Assembly: GCA_043747615.1 (NCBI GenBank)
Contig: JAYTOU010000046.1
Coordinates: forward strand, 52,186-116,185
Source of the DNA: Myxococcales bacterium
GTDB taxonomy: Bacteria; Myxococcota_A; Polyangia; Polyangiales; Polyangiaceae
Direction: 5' to 3'
DNA: 64,000 nt
Shown here: positions 49,659-60,700 of the stretch, piece by piece
Layout: every line of letters starts with the position of its first letter
Numbering within the stretch: position 1 is the first letter of the stretch
The notes under the pieces: model-generated
Seen by the model: the letters and a program-made list of their open reading frames with translations, nothing else
Databases searched by the model: none
What the model was told of the DNA's origin: nothing
Made by a program: the position numbers and the translations under genes

Positions 49659-52600
49659 GTCGCCCGCGCCAAATCCTCGGAGTGATCGGCTCCATCGTCG
49701 GAACGGCAGTGACGTTCGTGTGCGCACTGGTCGCCGGGCTCCTGCTTCACGTGAACCTGCCAGCCACCCATCGCATCGCGGAAAAAGAGATCCGATCGGT
49801 CCTCGCATCGACGGTGCGGGGCACGCTCATAGTCGAGCACATCGGACGAATTGGGCGCGATGGAGTGTCTGGTCTGCGGGTAAGGGTGCTCGACCCGGAG
49901 GGAAAGCAAGTCCTCTACGTCGATGGCGCCGTCGGCCAAATATCTCTTTATGACACGGTGAAATCAGCGATTTTTGGCAAGGGCGACATCGACATTCAGA
50001 TTCGCTCGTTCAACGCCGAGTACGCCGACGTCAATCTCGATACCGACGAATCTGGAACGCCCCGGATCGGCAACGCCTTCGAGCCACGCGCCAAGACACC
50101 GAGCGTCGGCCCTTCGCGAGGAGTACACGTGGAGGCGTCGGTCATCACCGTCCGCCACGGATGGGTGCACGGAACCGTCAGCGGCCTTCCCACCCTCGAT
50201 GCAACGGCCGACGCGGTACACGGCGCGCTCCTCATTTCGCCGAAAGACGGCGTGATCATCGATGGCGCAACGCACGTCATCACGCGCGGAATGCCGCGGG
50301 GAGGCAACGCAAAAGGCGACGCCGTCGCGCACGTCACGCTCCCCTCCACGACCGGAAAATTCATCGGCGTCGCCGCGACCTTTAAGGGTGACTTCGGAGG
50401 AATTCCCGCGGGTGCGCAGGCTTCGCTCGATGGGCGGCAGATCGACGGCACCGTCGACTTCAGCACCGTGGGCTCCGATAAGATTCGCGCGTTGCTCAGC
50501 GAAGCTCCGGTCTACGAAGACGTCAGCGGACACGGCGAGGTGCACGGCGAGATCACCAACCTCGGCCTGAAAGCGCATCTTTTGCTCGGCAAGGGAACCG
50601 TGGACGTCAGCGGCGCCCTCCTCATCGGCCAGTCCGATCCGCGCCTCAACTTCAGGGTACTGGCGCGGCACCTCGAGCTCCGCGGCTTCGCACCTGATGC
50701 TCCCGATTCGGATCTGAACGCTGACGCCGACGTGGTCGTCGTTCTTCCCCCGACGCCGACGGCCGTGCTCCGCGGGGAGTTCTCGATGGATCTCTTCCCC
50801 GGACAAATCGCCAAGAACGACATTCCGCGCGGGACGCTGGTGGGAAGCTTCAGTCCGCAAAGCGTGGAAGCCAAGGCGCGCCTCGCCGAACCCGGCGCGC
50901 CGACCGAGGCGAAGGTCCGTGTCCTCATAGGCCCACCCGGCACACTTCCGGAGATCGATTTCGACGTAACGACCAACGTGCCCAACTTGAATAAAGTTGC
51001 GCGCCTCGGGCCGATCGCGAACGGCAGCGTCCGTGCGCACGTCATCGGAAAAGTCCGCCTCGCTGATCTCACGATGAACGCGCAGGTCGAGGGCGATCTC
51101 ACCAACGTCGGTTACGCGGCAGCTCACATGCGCACCGGACATGTCAGCGGCACGGTGGCGGGACCGCTCGCCAAGCTCCACGTCGACGCAACGCTTCACG
51201 GTCAGGGGCTGACGCTCGAGAAGGACAACTTCGCGACAGCCGTGGTCCATGCGCGAGGCCCCGTCACCCAGCCGGTGGTGGACGCGACGCTCGAAGGTCC
51301 GGGCGCGCCAAAGGTCGTGGCGCACGCGACGCTCCAATTCAACGCGGGCATCACGATCCACGACGGCACGGTCACCGTCACTCGAGACGACGTCACGGTC
51401 ACCGCACACGTCGACACGGTCCGCGTCAACAAGGGCAACGTTCGCATCGAGGGTGTGCACGTCGAAGGCCTGGGCGGCGAGCCGGTGCTCGTGAACGTTC
51501 GGGTTACGCCCGCGGGACTGCTGATCCAGGCGAAGGCAACGGAGGTCGACATCCGAAGCGTGGCCTACCTCGTCCACCTGGAAAACAAATTCCGGAAGGG
51601 CCGTGTGAGCTTCGACGTCGATTTGCTCATCGGGAAAAAATCCCTCAAGGGCGAAGCGCTGCTCGATTTTCACGACGCTGCGTTCACGCGGTTCAAAGAC
51701 GCGCGCGGACACGTGCACGGGACGTTCCTCGGCACCCGCGTCCTCACGGCGAGCGCGCACCTCGAGCTCGGCCTCGCTGGAGTGGTCGATTTGAATACGT
51801 CGAGCATCGAGATCAATGGCCCTCCACTCGAGGCGGCAACGTGGATGCGAGCAGCAGGCAAAGTGCAGATCGACGCGGCGGTCGATCTCGACGACGTTGC
51901 GGCGCTCATTCCGAAGGACGTTCTGCCTTTCGGCAGCATGAGCGGAAAGGTCGTCCTCGAAGGACAGGTGGGGCGCGACACTCCCGCGGAGCTTCCGGAG
52001 GTCGACATCTCTCTGCAAACGCGGGGCCTCATCCTCACCGGCAAGCCGGCGGTGACGCCTCCCCCGGTGCCCCCCCCCTGGAAATTGGTCGGTATCGAGG
52101 TTGGGATCGACGCGCGTGTCGATGCCGCCACGGGTCATTCCGAGCTTTCCGCGCGCCTGAGCGATGGCTACGGCGCACTCCTCGCGTTGGATGCGAAATC
52201 GTATCTCCCCTACCGCGACCTCCTCGAACACCCCGAGCGTGCGCTGAAGCGGATGCAAACGGTGCCGGTCACAGCGCACCTCACGACGCCGAGCCGGGGG
52301 CTCGATCAGCTCCCTCCAATGTTCCAGGCCAAGGGTATGAAAGGGACCGTCTCGCTCTCCGCAAACGCCGCGGGTACGCTAGTCGCGCCGAAGGTCGATT
52401 TCGATCTGCGCACGCGTGGGGCGAGGGTGACATCGGCGGTCGCAGCTTCCGCCGATGTCCAGCTCACGGGAAAATACGACGGCACTGCAGCGGATTTCGA
52501 GCTGAAGATGACGACGCCCACCCGGACGACGCCGGCGAACGTGCTCGCGGCGACGGCCCACATCGACGCGAAGATCGCCGATCTTCTCGCGAGCAATGGC

Positions 52601-54337
52601 AACGCGGACGACCTTCCCTGGGACGGCTCGGCGAACCTCCGCGTCTTCAGCTTCCCGCTCCAGACCATCGGCGTCTTGGCCGATCATCGGGTGCGCGGAA
52701 ACGTGAGTGGCGAAGTGACGCTCAAGGATTTCCACAAGAACGCACGGGTTCGCGGACAGGTCTCCGCCAACACCCTGCGCATCGCGACGACGACGTATTC
52801 GAGCGGGCTCATCACGGCAAACATCGACGACCACGCGTTCACCGGCTCGGTGCGCCTCGACCAGCCGGACGGTTTCGCAGAGGCAAACGCCACCGTCGGA
52901 GCGAGCTGGGGCAAGAAGCTCGCGCCGTCGGTGGACGACTCCCAGCCCAGCGAGCTCTCCCTCAAGGCGCGCGCGTTTCGCCTTGCAGCTGCGCTCCCGT
53001 TCGTCGAGCACATCTTCAGCGAGCTCGATGGCCGGATCGACGCCGACGCCCATGTGCACGCCGAGAAAGGCGTTCCCCCACGGATGGACGGGCTCATCAC
53101 CCTTCGTGAGGGCGTGTTCGAGACCCCGGCCATCGGCGAAGAGTTTCAGCATGCCCAGGGTCGCATGACGATCCACCCCGACGGCACTATTCTCGTCGAG
53201 AACGTCTCCGCGAACGGCGTCACCGGCAAGTTCGCCGCGGCCGGAAGCGCTCGTATGGAGGGGCTCAAATTCGTGAGCGCGCGCGCGGCGATCCGCATTC
53301 CTCAGCGCCAGCCTCTTCCCCTGTCGATCAACGGTCAGGAGATCGGCGACACGTCAGGCAACCTCGACGTCAGCGCAGACATGTCCAGCGATCGCAGGAC
53401 GCTCAACGTCGCGGTAGATATTCCCACGCTGCACACCCGGCTGCCCGACACCGGCACGCGCTCCGTGCAAGATCTCGATCCGGCGCCGCACGTACGCGTG
53501 GGCGTGCACACCGATCGAGACACGCTCGTCCTCCTGCCGCTCGGCCCCCCCGAGCCTCCGCCGAGACCCGACGAGGCGCTCCGCATCCATATGGCGATCA
53601 ACCTCGGGAGCGACGTGGTCGTGCAAAAAGGGGGGATCCTCAAAGTCAGTCTGACGGGCAGGCCAGTGGTCGACGTGGACGAAAAGGTCCACGTGACCGG
53701 CCAAATTCAGCTCACCGGCGGGACCCTCCAAGTGCAGGGAAAACTTTTCCACATCGATCACGGCACGATCTCCTTCGTCGGAGACGACCCGAGCGATCCC
53801 CTGCTCGTGGTGACCGCGATCTGGGATGCCCCCGACAACACACAGATCATCGCCGATTACGTCGGGCCTCTGAAGACCGGGCGAGTCACGCTTCGGTCCG
53901 AGCCTCCGCTTCCGCAAGACCAAATTCTATCGCTCATCATTTTCGGAACTGCGAACGGCGTGAACGGGGCACCGTCGGCGTCACAAACACAAGGCAACGA
54001 GTCGCCGGGGGCCACGACCCAGGCGGGCGCGGCCGGCGGGGGTATTGCGACTCAGGGCGCAAACAAGGCGATCCAGGATCTCACGGGGACCGACGTCGTG
54101 CAGACGCGGGTGGACACGTCGGAGTCGCAGAATCCGCGACCGGAGGTGCAGGTTCAGATCGCGCACAACTTGTCGGTGCTGGTCGCGTACGTCCTCGGCG
54201 TCTTCGTTCCCGGGCAGAACCCCGACACAGCGCTCGCGACGGTGAACTGGCGCTTCGTGAAAAATCTCTCGCTCGAAACGACGCTCGGCAACGCGGGCAC
54301 GTCGATCGTCGATTTGATTTGGCAGTATCGCTACTGA
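49655..54337 (+). CDS. tamB: Translocation/assembly module TamB-like protein
   Basis: TTG 49655 overlaps the Omp85 stop. N-terminal TM anchor, ~1500 aa beta-rich body, DUF490-like end (LRSEPPLPQDQILSLIIFG..DLIWQYRY). Confidence 0.85.
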   Translation: MSRPRQILGVIGSIVGTAVTFVCALVAGLLLHVNLPATHRIAEKEIRSVLASTVRGTLIVEHIGRIGRDGVSGLRVRVLDPEGKQVLYVDGAVGQISLYDTVKSAIFGKGDIDIQIRSFNAEYADVNLDTDESGTPRIGNAFEPRAKTPSVGPSRGVHVEASVITVRHGWVHGTVSGLPTLDATADAVHGALLISPKDGVIIDGATHVITRGMPRGGNAKGDAVAHVTLPSTTGKFIGVAATFKGDFGGIPAGAQASLDGRQIDGTVDFSTVGSDKIRALLSEAPVYEDVSGHGEVHGEITNLGLKAHLLLGKGTVDVSGALLIGQSDPRLNFRVLARHLELRGFAPDAPDSDLNADADVVVVLPPTPTAVLRGEFSMDLFPGQIAKNDIPRGTLVGSFSPQSVEAKARLAEPGAPTEAKVRVLIGPPGTLPEIDFDVTTNVPNLNKVARLGPIANGSVRAHVIGKVRLADLTMNAQVEGDLTNVGYAAAHMRTGHVSGTVAGPLAKLHVDATLHGQGLTLEKDNFATAVVHARGPVTQPVVDATLEGPGAPKVVAHATLQFNAGITIHDGTVTVTRDDVTVTAHVDTVRVNKGNVRIEGVHVEGLGGEPVLVNVRVTPAGLLIQAKATEVDIRSVAYLVHLENKFRKGRVSFDVDLLIGKKSLKGEALLDFHDAAFTRFKDARGHVHGTFLGTRVLTASAHLELGLAGVVDLNTSSIEINGPPLEAATWMRAAGKVQIDAAVDLDDVAALIPKDVLPFGSMSGKVVLEGQVGRDTPAELPEVDISLQTRGLILTGKPAVTPPPVPPPWKLVGIEVGIDARVDAATGHSELSARLSDGYGALLALDAKSYLPYRDLLEHPERALKRMQTVPVTAHLTTPSRGLDQLPPMFQAKGMKGTVSLSANAAGTLVAPKVDFDLRTRGARVTSAVAASADVQLTGKYDGTAADFELKMTTPTRTTPANVLAATAHIDAKIADLLASNGNADDLPWDGSANLRVFSFPLQTIGVLADHRVRGNVSGEVTLKDFHKNARVRGQVSANTLRIATTTYSSGLITANIDDHAFTGSVRLDQPDGFAEANATVGASWGKKLAPSVDDSQPSELSLKARAFRLAAALPFVEHIFSELDGRIDADAHVHAEKGVPPRMDGLITLREGVFETPAIGEEFQHAQGRMTIHPDGTILVENVSANGVTGKFAAAGSARMEGLKFVSARAAIRIPQRQPLPLSINGQEIGDTSGNLDVSADMSSDRRTLNVAVDIPTLHTRLPDTGTRSVQDLDPAPHVRVGVHTDRDTLVLLPLGPPEPPPRPDEALRIHMAINLGSDVVVQKGGILKVSLTGRPVVDVDEKVHVTGQIQLTGGTLQVQGKLFHIDHGTISFVGDDPSDPLLVVTAIWDAPDNTQIIADYVGPLKTGRVTLRSEPPLPQDQILSLIIFGTANGVNGAPSASQTQGNESPGATTQAGAAGGGIATQGANKAIQDLTGTDVVQTRVDTSESQNPRPEVQVQIAHNLSVLVAYVLGVFVPGQNPDTALATVNWRFVKNLSLETTLGNAGTSIVDLIWQYRY

Positions 54338-54777
54338 GAGGCTGCTTTTTGCATCATCTCGCGCGTCTCTAGCAACTCGAGCACGGTGCGAATGAGCACG
54401 GCACCGGAGCACGGCTTCACGATGAAGCCATCGCAGCCCGCTGCCGAAGCCTCCCGCAGATGCGCGCGGTAGCCGTGCGCGGTGAAGGCGACGATCGGAA
54501 TGTGACGGGTACGCTCATCGGCCTTCAACCTGCGAGTGGCTTCCATGCCGTCCATCTCGGGCATGGCCAGGTCCATCAAGATCAGATCGGGAGCGACGTG
54601 GGGTGCGAGCTCGAGCGCCTCGCGACCATTGACAGCCTCGACCACTTCGAAGCCAGCGCGAACGAGGAAGATGCCGTAGAGCCTTCGGGTCTCGGCGTCG
54701 TCTTCGACGTGCAGGATAAGCTGCGGCCTGCGAACGGTTCCCGACTCGAGCCGGTGGTACTTGGATTCTTGCGACAT
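54331..54777 (-). CDS. Single-domain response regulator (DivK/CheY-like)
   Basis: HVEDD, LILMDLAMPEMDG, AFTA, VKP. ATG at 54777. Confidence 0.9.
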   Translation of the reverse strand: MSQESKYHRLESGTVRRPQLILHVEDDAETRRLYGIFLVRAGFEVVEAVNGREALELAPHVAPDLILMDLAMPEMDGMEATRRLKADERTRHIPIVAFTAHGYRAHLREASAAGCDGFIVKPCSGAVLIRTVLELLETREMMQKAASQ

Positions 54778-54835
54778 GCTTACTCTGGTTTCACTGTGCC
54801 ACGCGACCCGCGGCGACGCTAAGCGGCATCCCACC

Positions 54836-55252
54836 ATGGTGGCTCCTTCGAAGCAAGCTGGCTCGGTAAAAACGCCCAAAAACGGGAAGCGCATCCTCGT
54901 AGTGGAGGACGATCTCGAGCTTCAAGAGCTCGTCAAGGACGCCCTCGAACACCACGGGTTCACTGTCGATGCGGCGGATGACGGTCTCGATGCCCTCGTC
55001 GCCCTTCGGACGGGCGCCCCACCGGACGCCATCCTCCTCGATCTCATGATGCCCGGAATGGACGGCTTCGAGTTCCGGACCCGTCAGCTGACCGATGCCG
55101 TTCTCGCACGCATCCCCGTCGTCGTCTCGTCGTGCGTCGGCGAGAAGGCGATCACGAAAATGAGCGGAGTCGCCGCCATCTTGCGCAAGCCTTACCGCCT
55201 CGACGATCTCGTGAGCACGCTCAGCCAGGTCTGCGATCTGAGGGGAACCTAA
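54836..55252 (+). CDS. Single-domain response regulator
   Basis: ILVVEDD, ILLDLMMPGMDG, VVSS, RKP. ATG at 54836. Confidence 0.9.
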   Translation: MVAPSKQAGSVKTPKNGKRILVVEDDLELQELVKDALEHHGFTVDAADDGLDALVALRTGAPPDAILLDLMMPGMDGFEFRTRQLTDAVLARIPVVVSSCVGEKAITKMSGVAAILRKPYRLDDLVSTLSQVCDLRGT

Positions 55253-55276
55253 AAGCCTCTCCCACCTCGAGCCGTA

Positions 55277-56917
55277 CTACGACGCCTTGGTAGCCACAGC
55301 GCCGCGGGCGGTCTCCGCGTACGTGATGCCCGTGAACTCGCGCTTGGCGCTGTTGAGCTGCCAATCTCCGGCGAAGAGCACGACCATGCGGCCGCGAACG
55401 TCGAGCGCGGGCGTGCCGACCCGTTCGCGATCGAAGGCCAGGAGATCGACCTCGGCTCCGTCATCGCGCGTCACCCAGCGAGCGAACTCGCACTCCATCG
55501 GCTCGAGGCGGGCATCGACATCGTACTCCGAACGCAGGCGATGTTTCACGACCTCGAGCTGCAAGCGACCGACCGCGCCAAGGATCGGCTCTCCGCCGCG
55601 CGCCGGCGTATAGAGCTGAATCGTGCCCTCTTGGGCAAGCTGCTCGAGGCCGCGTTTGAGCTGTTTTCTCCGCATGGGATCGAGCATTCCCACCCGCACG
55701 AAATGCTCGGGGGCAAAACTCGGGATCTCGTCGAAGCTGAAATTTTTTCCGGCGGTGAGGGTGTCGCCGATCTCGAAGATGCCAGGATCGTAGATGCCGA
55801 GCACGTCCCCCGCGAAGCCCTCTTCGACGATGGTGCGCTCTTGCGCGAGGAACGTGGTGGGGTTGGCGAGGCGGATCATTTTTCCGGTGCGCACGTGGAG
55901 GACCTTCATCCCCCGGTCGAACTTTCCGGAGCAGACCCGCATGAACGCCACGCGATCGCGGTGGGCGCGATCCATGTTCGCTTGAATCTTGAAAACCAGC
56001 GCGGAGAACTCGTCGTTCGGTGCGATCATGCCCTTGGAGCTGTCGCGACCCACGGGTGACGGCATCATGGTGCAGAACGTTTCGAGGAACGCCTCGAGAC
56101 CGAAATTGTTCATCGCGCTTCCGAAGAACATGGGCGACACCTCGCCCGCCAAAAAGAGCTCTTCGTCGAACGCGTCGCCCGCTTCTTCGAGGAGCCCCGC
56201 CTCTTCGACCAAGCGCGCATAACCCTCGTCGTCGAGCTCCTCGCGGAGCATGGGATCGTCGATTCCGGTGACCTTCACCGGGGCGACTTCCGCTCCTCTG
56301 AGCGAGCTCGAGATCGCCCGCGAGGCTTCGAACAGGTACACGCGCTTGAAGGTGCGATGGTAGATGCCGCGGAAAGTGGCGCCGCGGTAGATGGGCCAGG
56401 TCACGGGGTAGACGCCGATGCCGAGCACGGATTCGACCTCGCCGATGAGATCGAACGGCTCGCGCCCCGGCCGATCCATCTTGTTCACAAAGGTGAAAAT
56501 AGGCATTTTTCGCTGCTTGCAGACGCGAAAGAGCTTCTTCGTCTGGGCCTCGACGCCCTTGGCGCAGTCGAGGAGCATCACCGCTCCGTCGGCCGCGTGA
56601 AGCGTGCGGTACGTGTCTTCGCTGAAGTCCGCGTGGCCCGGCGTGTCGAGCAAGTTCATGTGGAGCCCGCGGTAGGGGAACTGGAGGACGCTCGACGTGA
56701 TCGAGATCCCGCGCTCGCGCTCCATCTCCATCCAGTCCGACACGGCGCCCGCACGACCACGTTTCGCTTTCACCGCGCCGGCGAGCTGGATCGCTCCGCC
56801 GTAGAGGAGAAGCTTTTCGGTGAGCGTCGTTTTGCCGGCGTCGGGGTGGGAGATGATGGCAAAAGTTCGCCGTTGCTCAATCTCTTTCGCTAGGCGGCGA
56901 TCGTCGTCTTCTGACAT
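55277..56917 (-). CDS. prfC: Peptide chain release factor 3
   Basis: RRTFAIISHPDAGKTT, SDWMEMERERGISI, DTPGHADFSEDTYR, NKMD, FKIQANMD. ATG at 56917. Confidence 0.97.
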   Translation of the reverse strand: MSEDDDRRLAKEIEQRRTFAIISHPDAGKTTLTEKLLLYGGAIQLAGAVKAKRGRAGAVSDWMEMERERGISITSSVLQFPYRGLHMNLLDTPGHADFSEDTYRTLHAADGAVMLLDCAKGVEAQTKKLFRVCKQRKMPIFTFVNKMDRPGREPFDLIGEVESVLGIGVYPVTWPIYRGATFRGIYHRTFKRVYLFEASRAISSSLRGAEVAPVKVTGIDDPMLREELDDEGYARLVEEAGLLEEAGDAFDEELFLAGEVSPMFFGSAMNNFGLEAFLETFCTMMPSPVGRDSSKGMIAPNDEFSALVFKIQANMDRAHRDRVAFMRVCSGKFDRGMKVLHVRTGKMIRLANPTTFLAQERTIVEEGFAGDVLGIYDPGIFEIGDTLTAGKNFSFDEIPSFAPEHFVRVGMLDPMRRKQLKRGLEQLAQEGTIQLYTPARGGEPILGAVGRLQLEVVKHRLRSEYDVDARLEPMECEFARWVTRDDGAEVDLLAFDRERVGTPALDVRGRMVVLFAGDWQLNSAKREFTGITYAETARGAVATKAS

Positions 56918-56992
56918 GGCGGAAGAGCCACGCTTTAGCAGGTCCTGGTACGGCAGATGCAAAAACCCTCCGGGTTCGGTTACGCTACCTGA

Positions 56993-57667
56993 GTGAAGGC
57001 AGACGACGAGGCAGCGCGAGAGCGCTTCATCGCGATCGGAGAGATCGCCGCCGAAGTCGCGCACGAGCTCAGAAACGTTCTGCAGGTGATCACCGCAAGC
57101 GCGTACCTCGCGCGGCAAGATCCCCCGGGCAGCGCTCCCCACGTCGCCAAGATCGAGCGCAACGCCAGGCTCGCTCATTCCATCGTCGACGACCTGATGT
57201 CTCTCGCGCGCGGAGAGCCGGCCCACGCCGAGCCCATCTTGCTCGTCGACGTGCTAGTCGCGGCCCGCTCGGAGATTGCGCCGGAAGCGGCCAATTGGGA
57301 GGACGAGCTTGTCCCAGCCGACGTCCGCGTGCGGGCTCATGCGGGCCTCGCGTGCCGCCTCTTCCATGCGCTCTACGAGAACGCGATCCACGCAAGCGCG
57401 CCTCGCCGCCCCACCATCGTCACTCGCGCGTGGCAAGAGGGCGATGTCACAGTCATCGAGGTGGCCGACGACGGACCCGGTGTCCCGAGTGAGCTCGCCG
57501 CGCACATCTTCGACCCTCTGGTAACGGGTCGCGAGCAGGGAACGGGCCTCGGCCTCGCTCTCGCAAGGCGGATTGCCGCAGCACACGCCGGTGCCATCCG
57601 CCTCGTTCCTCCTTCCCCTGGTACGCGCGGAGCGACTTTTCGGATCTCCTTCCCCGTTCGAAAATAA
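56993..57667 (+). CDS. Minimal histidine kinase (HisKA + HATPase, no sensor domain)
   Basis: H box AHELRN, N box YENA, DDGPG, IFDP, GTGLGL; only about 20 aa precede the H box. Confidence 0.9.
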   Translation: MKADDEAARERFIAIGEIAAEVAHELRNVLQVITASAYLARQDPPGSAPHVAKIERNARLAHSIVDDLMSLARGEPAHAEPILLVDVLVAARSEIAPEAANWEDELVPADVRVRAHAGLACRLFHALYENAIHASAPRRPTIVTRAWQEGDVTVIEVADDGPGVPSELAAHIFDPLVTGREQGTGLGLALARRIAAAHAGAIRLVPPSPGTRGATFRISFPVRK

Positions 57668-57714
57668 TTACACCCTTACGCTTCGTCTCGTTCGGTCCCA
57701 TATTCGAACGTCCT

Positions 57715-60700
57715 ATGCTCCCCGTCCGCCTTCGCGGCGCCCGCACGCACAACCTCAAAGGAATCGACCTCGACTTCCCGCCCGGTCAGCTCGTCGCCAT
57801 CACCGGCCCGAGCGGCTCCGGAAAATCGTCGCTCGCGATCGACACACTCTATGCCGAGGGGCAGCGGCGATTCGTCGAGAGCTTCAGCCCTTACGCGCGG
57901 CAGTTTCTCGAGCGCCTCGAGCGCCCGCCGATCGATTCGCTCGATCCCGTGGCGGCGACGGTGGCCGTCGATCGACGAGCTCCGATCAAATCGAGCCGGT
58001 CGACGCTGGCCACGATGGCGGATCTGGAACCATATTTTGCCGCGCTTTTCGCGCGCGAGGCCTTGCCCACGTGCCCGGAGTGCAACGTCGAAGCGGTGTC
58101 GACGACTCCGCGTGAAGCGGCGGCAAAAGTCATCGCCAAAGTCGCCTCACTGAAGACGGGCGGGCGGGCCATCGTCAGCTATCCGCTCAGCGTGCCCGAC
58201 GCCGAAGCGTTCCTCGAGCTGCGGGAATCCATGGCACGAGATGGTTACCGTCGGCTCCTCGTCGGCGGCACTCTCCGCGACATCGACGAGGTGCGGCCGA
58301 GCGAAGCGACTGCGCCGGACATTCGGCTGGAAGTCGTGCTCGATCGTCTCACCGTCGGCGAGCGCGAAAAAGGCCGCCTCCAGCAAGCAATCGAAGTCGC
58401 TTGGGAGCGCGGCGGAGGGCGCGCCGAGCTGCGTATCGAGAGCACCGATGATCTTTTCGATCACACCTCGCGCATTCCGATCGTGCGCGGTCTGGTGTGT
58501 CCTTCGTGCACGCGCAGCTTCGAGCCGGCGAAGGCCTCGCTCTTCTCGTACAACTCGCCGCTCGGCGCGTGCGAGGAGTGCCGCGGCTTCGGCCGGATCA
58601 TCTCCATCGATTGGGACAAGGTCATTCCCGATCCCAGCCGCACGCTGAAGCAAGGGGCGATCAAGGCATGGGCCGGGAGCAGCGCGGAGTGGGAGCGAGG
58701 CATTCTCGCCAAGTTCGCGAAACGGCAGAAAATCCCGTTCGACGTGGCCTGGGAGAAGCTCACCGCCGCGCAGCGCTCGCTCGTCATCGAAGGCGAAGGC
58801 ACGTGGGAGGGCGGAAAATATCCGGGCATCCGCGCGTGGTTCAAGTGGCTCGAATCACGAACCTACAAGATGCACGTGCGTGTCTTTCTCGCGCGCTACC
58901 GACAGTACGTGGTCTGCGTGAGCTGCCATGCCTCGCGCTTGAACAAGACGGCGCTGGCCTACAAGGTCGGCGGTCACAACCTCGCCGAGTGGCACGCCCT
59001 CACCGTGAGCGACGCCTTCGCGAACATCGAGCGCGTCAGCGCAAAGGACCCGCAAGGAAAGCGCGTGCGCGGGGAGCTTGCTGCTCGGCTCGGTTACCTC
59101 GAAGCGGTTGGCCTCGGGTACCTCACGCTCAATCGTCAGGCGCGAACGCTGAGCGGCGGAGAGGCGCAGCGCGCCGGGCTAACCACGGCACTGGGAGCGT
59201 CTCTCACCGGTGCACTCTTCGTTCTCGACGAGCCGACCGTTGGTCTTCACGCGTCCGACGTTCCTGCGCTCGCATCGGTGATGCGCAAGCTCGCCTCCGC
59301 GGGCAACACTGTTCTCGCGATCGAGCACGACGGTCACGTGATCCGCGCATGCGACCGAGTGATCGAGCTCGGGCCTGGCGCCGGAAGCGAAGGCGGAAAT
59401 GTTCTTTTTTCCGGAACGCCGCAGGCCCTCGCCGCGCGCACCGATCTCCCCACCGGGCGCGCGTGGTCTGCGTCCTCGATGGCTTCGACCCGCACCCCGA
59501 AAAAGGCGACCGAGTTTCTGCGCGTGCGCGGCGCGCGTGAGAACAACCTCGACAACGTCGACGTCGACATCCCGCTCGGCGTGGTCTGTGTGGTGACGGG
59601 GCCCAGCGGCTCGGGGAAATCCACGCTCGTCGACGAAATTCTCTACCGCACCGTCGCTCGCGCGCTCGGAGACATGCGGGTGAGCCGCCCTGGGATGCAC
59701 GACGGCATCGAAGGAACCGGAGCGCTCGCCCGGGCTTCACTCGTCGATCAAGCGCCGCTCGGACGAACGGCCCGAGGGAACGCGGCCACGTATACCAAGG
59801 CGTGGGATCGAATCCGTGCACGCTACGCCGCGGAGCCCGAGTCCGGACTTCGGGGGCTCGCCGCGTCGCATTTCTCCTTCAACGTGGGAGGCGACAGCGA
59901 TCGCTCCGGGCGGTGCGAGACGTGCTCCGGCGAAGGCTACGAGACCGTGGAGATGCAATTCTTGGCCGACGTCGCGCTCCTCTGCGCGGTGTGCCAGGGC
60001 AAACGCTTCAAGCCCGAAGTGCTCGCCGTGAAGCACAGCGGGTACAGCGTGGCCGAGACGCTGGCCATGACCGTCGACGAAGCGCTCCTCGTCTTCGATC
60101 CTCCCGTGCTCGGTAAGACGAACAGCGAGCTCCGTGATCCCGTCCTGCGCCGCGCGCTCGAGCCGGTCTCCCGCGTGGGTCTCGGGTATTTGCCGCTCGG
60201 TCAGCCACTTTCGATGCTCTCGGGCGGTGAAGCGCAGCGGCTCAAGCTTGCGCGCGCTCTCACCGAGCACCCCGATCGCACGCTCTTCGTGATCGACGAG
60301 CCCAGCGCGGGCCTCCACGCGGAGGACACCGCCCAGGTGATACGTGCACTATACACGCTTGTCGAACAGGGGGCGAGCGTGGTGGTGGTCGAGCACGATC
60401 TCGACGTCATCCGCGCGGCCGACTGGGTCATCGATCTAGGGCCTGGCGCAGGACCGAACGGCGGTCGGGTCGTCGCCCAGGGCACGCCGGCAGTGGTCGC
60501 CAAGAGCCACTCGAAGACGGGAATGGCGCTTCGCGGCGAGCTCCTCATCAGCACCCCGACGGCGACGGCGCTCTCCAAGGCCACCGCGGCGCTCACCTCC
60601 CGTGCCGTCGATGCGGTGTGGGTCGAGCACGCGCGCGAGCACAACCTGAAGGAAATTTCCTGCAAGATTCCCCATGGAAAGCTGTGCGTGGTCACCGGAC

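Noticed and set aside
49964..52279. 771-aa minus-strand ORF (and similar shadows at 4528-6285, 9461-10882, 11707-13104, 23885-25213)
   Set aside because: Each lies antisense to a well-supported gene and has the skewed composition typical of shadow frames.
56918..57226. Apparent N-terminal extension of RF3
   Set aside because: It overlaps the divergent histidine kinase gene. The RF3 motifs begin right after ATG 56917.
57668..57714. Possible LexA/SOS box upstream of uvrA (GTTC..ATTCGAAC)
   Set aside because: It does not fit the Myxococcus, GTTC-N7-GTTC or GAAC-N4-GTTC patterns I can recall.
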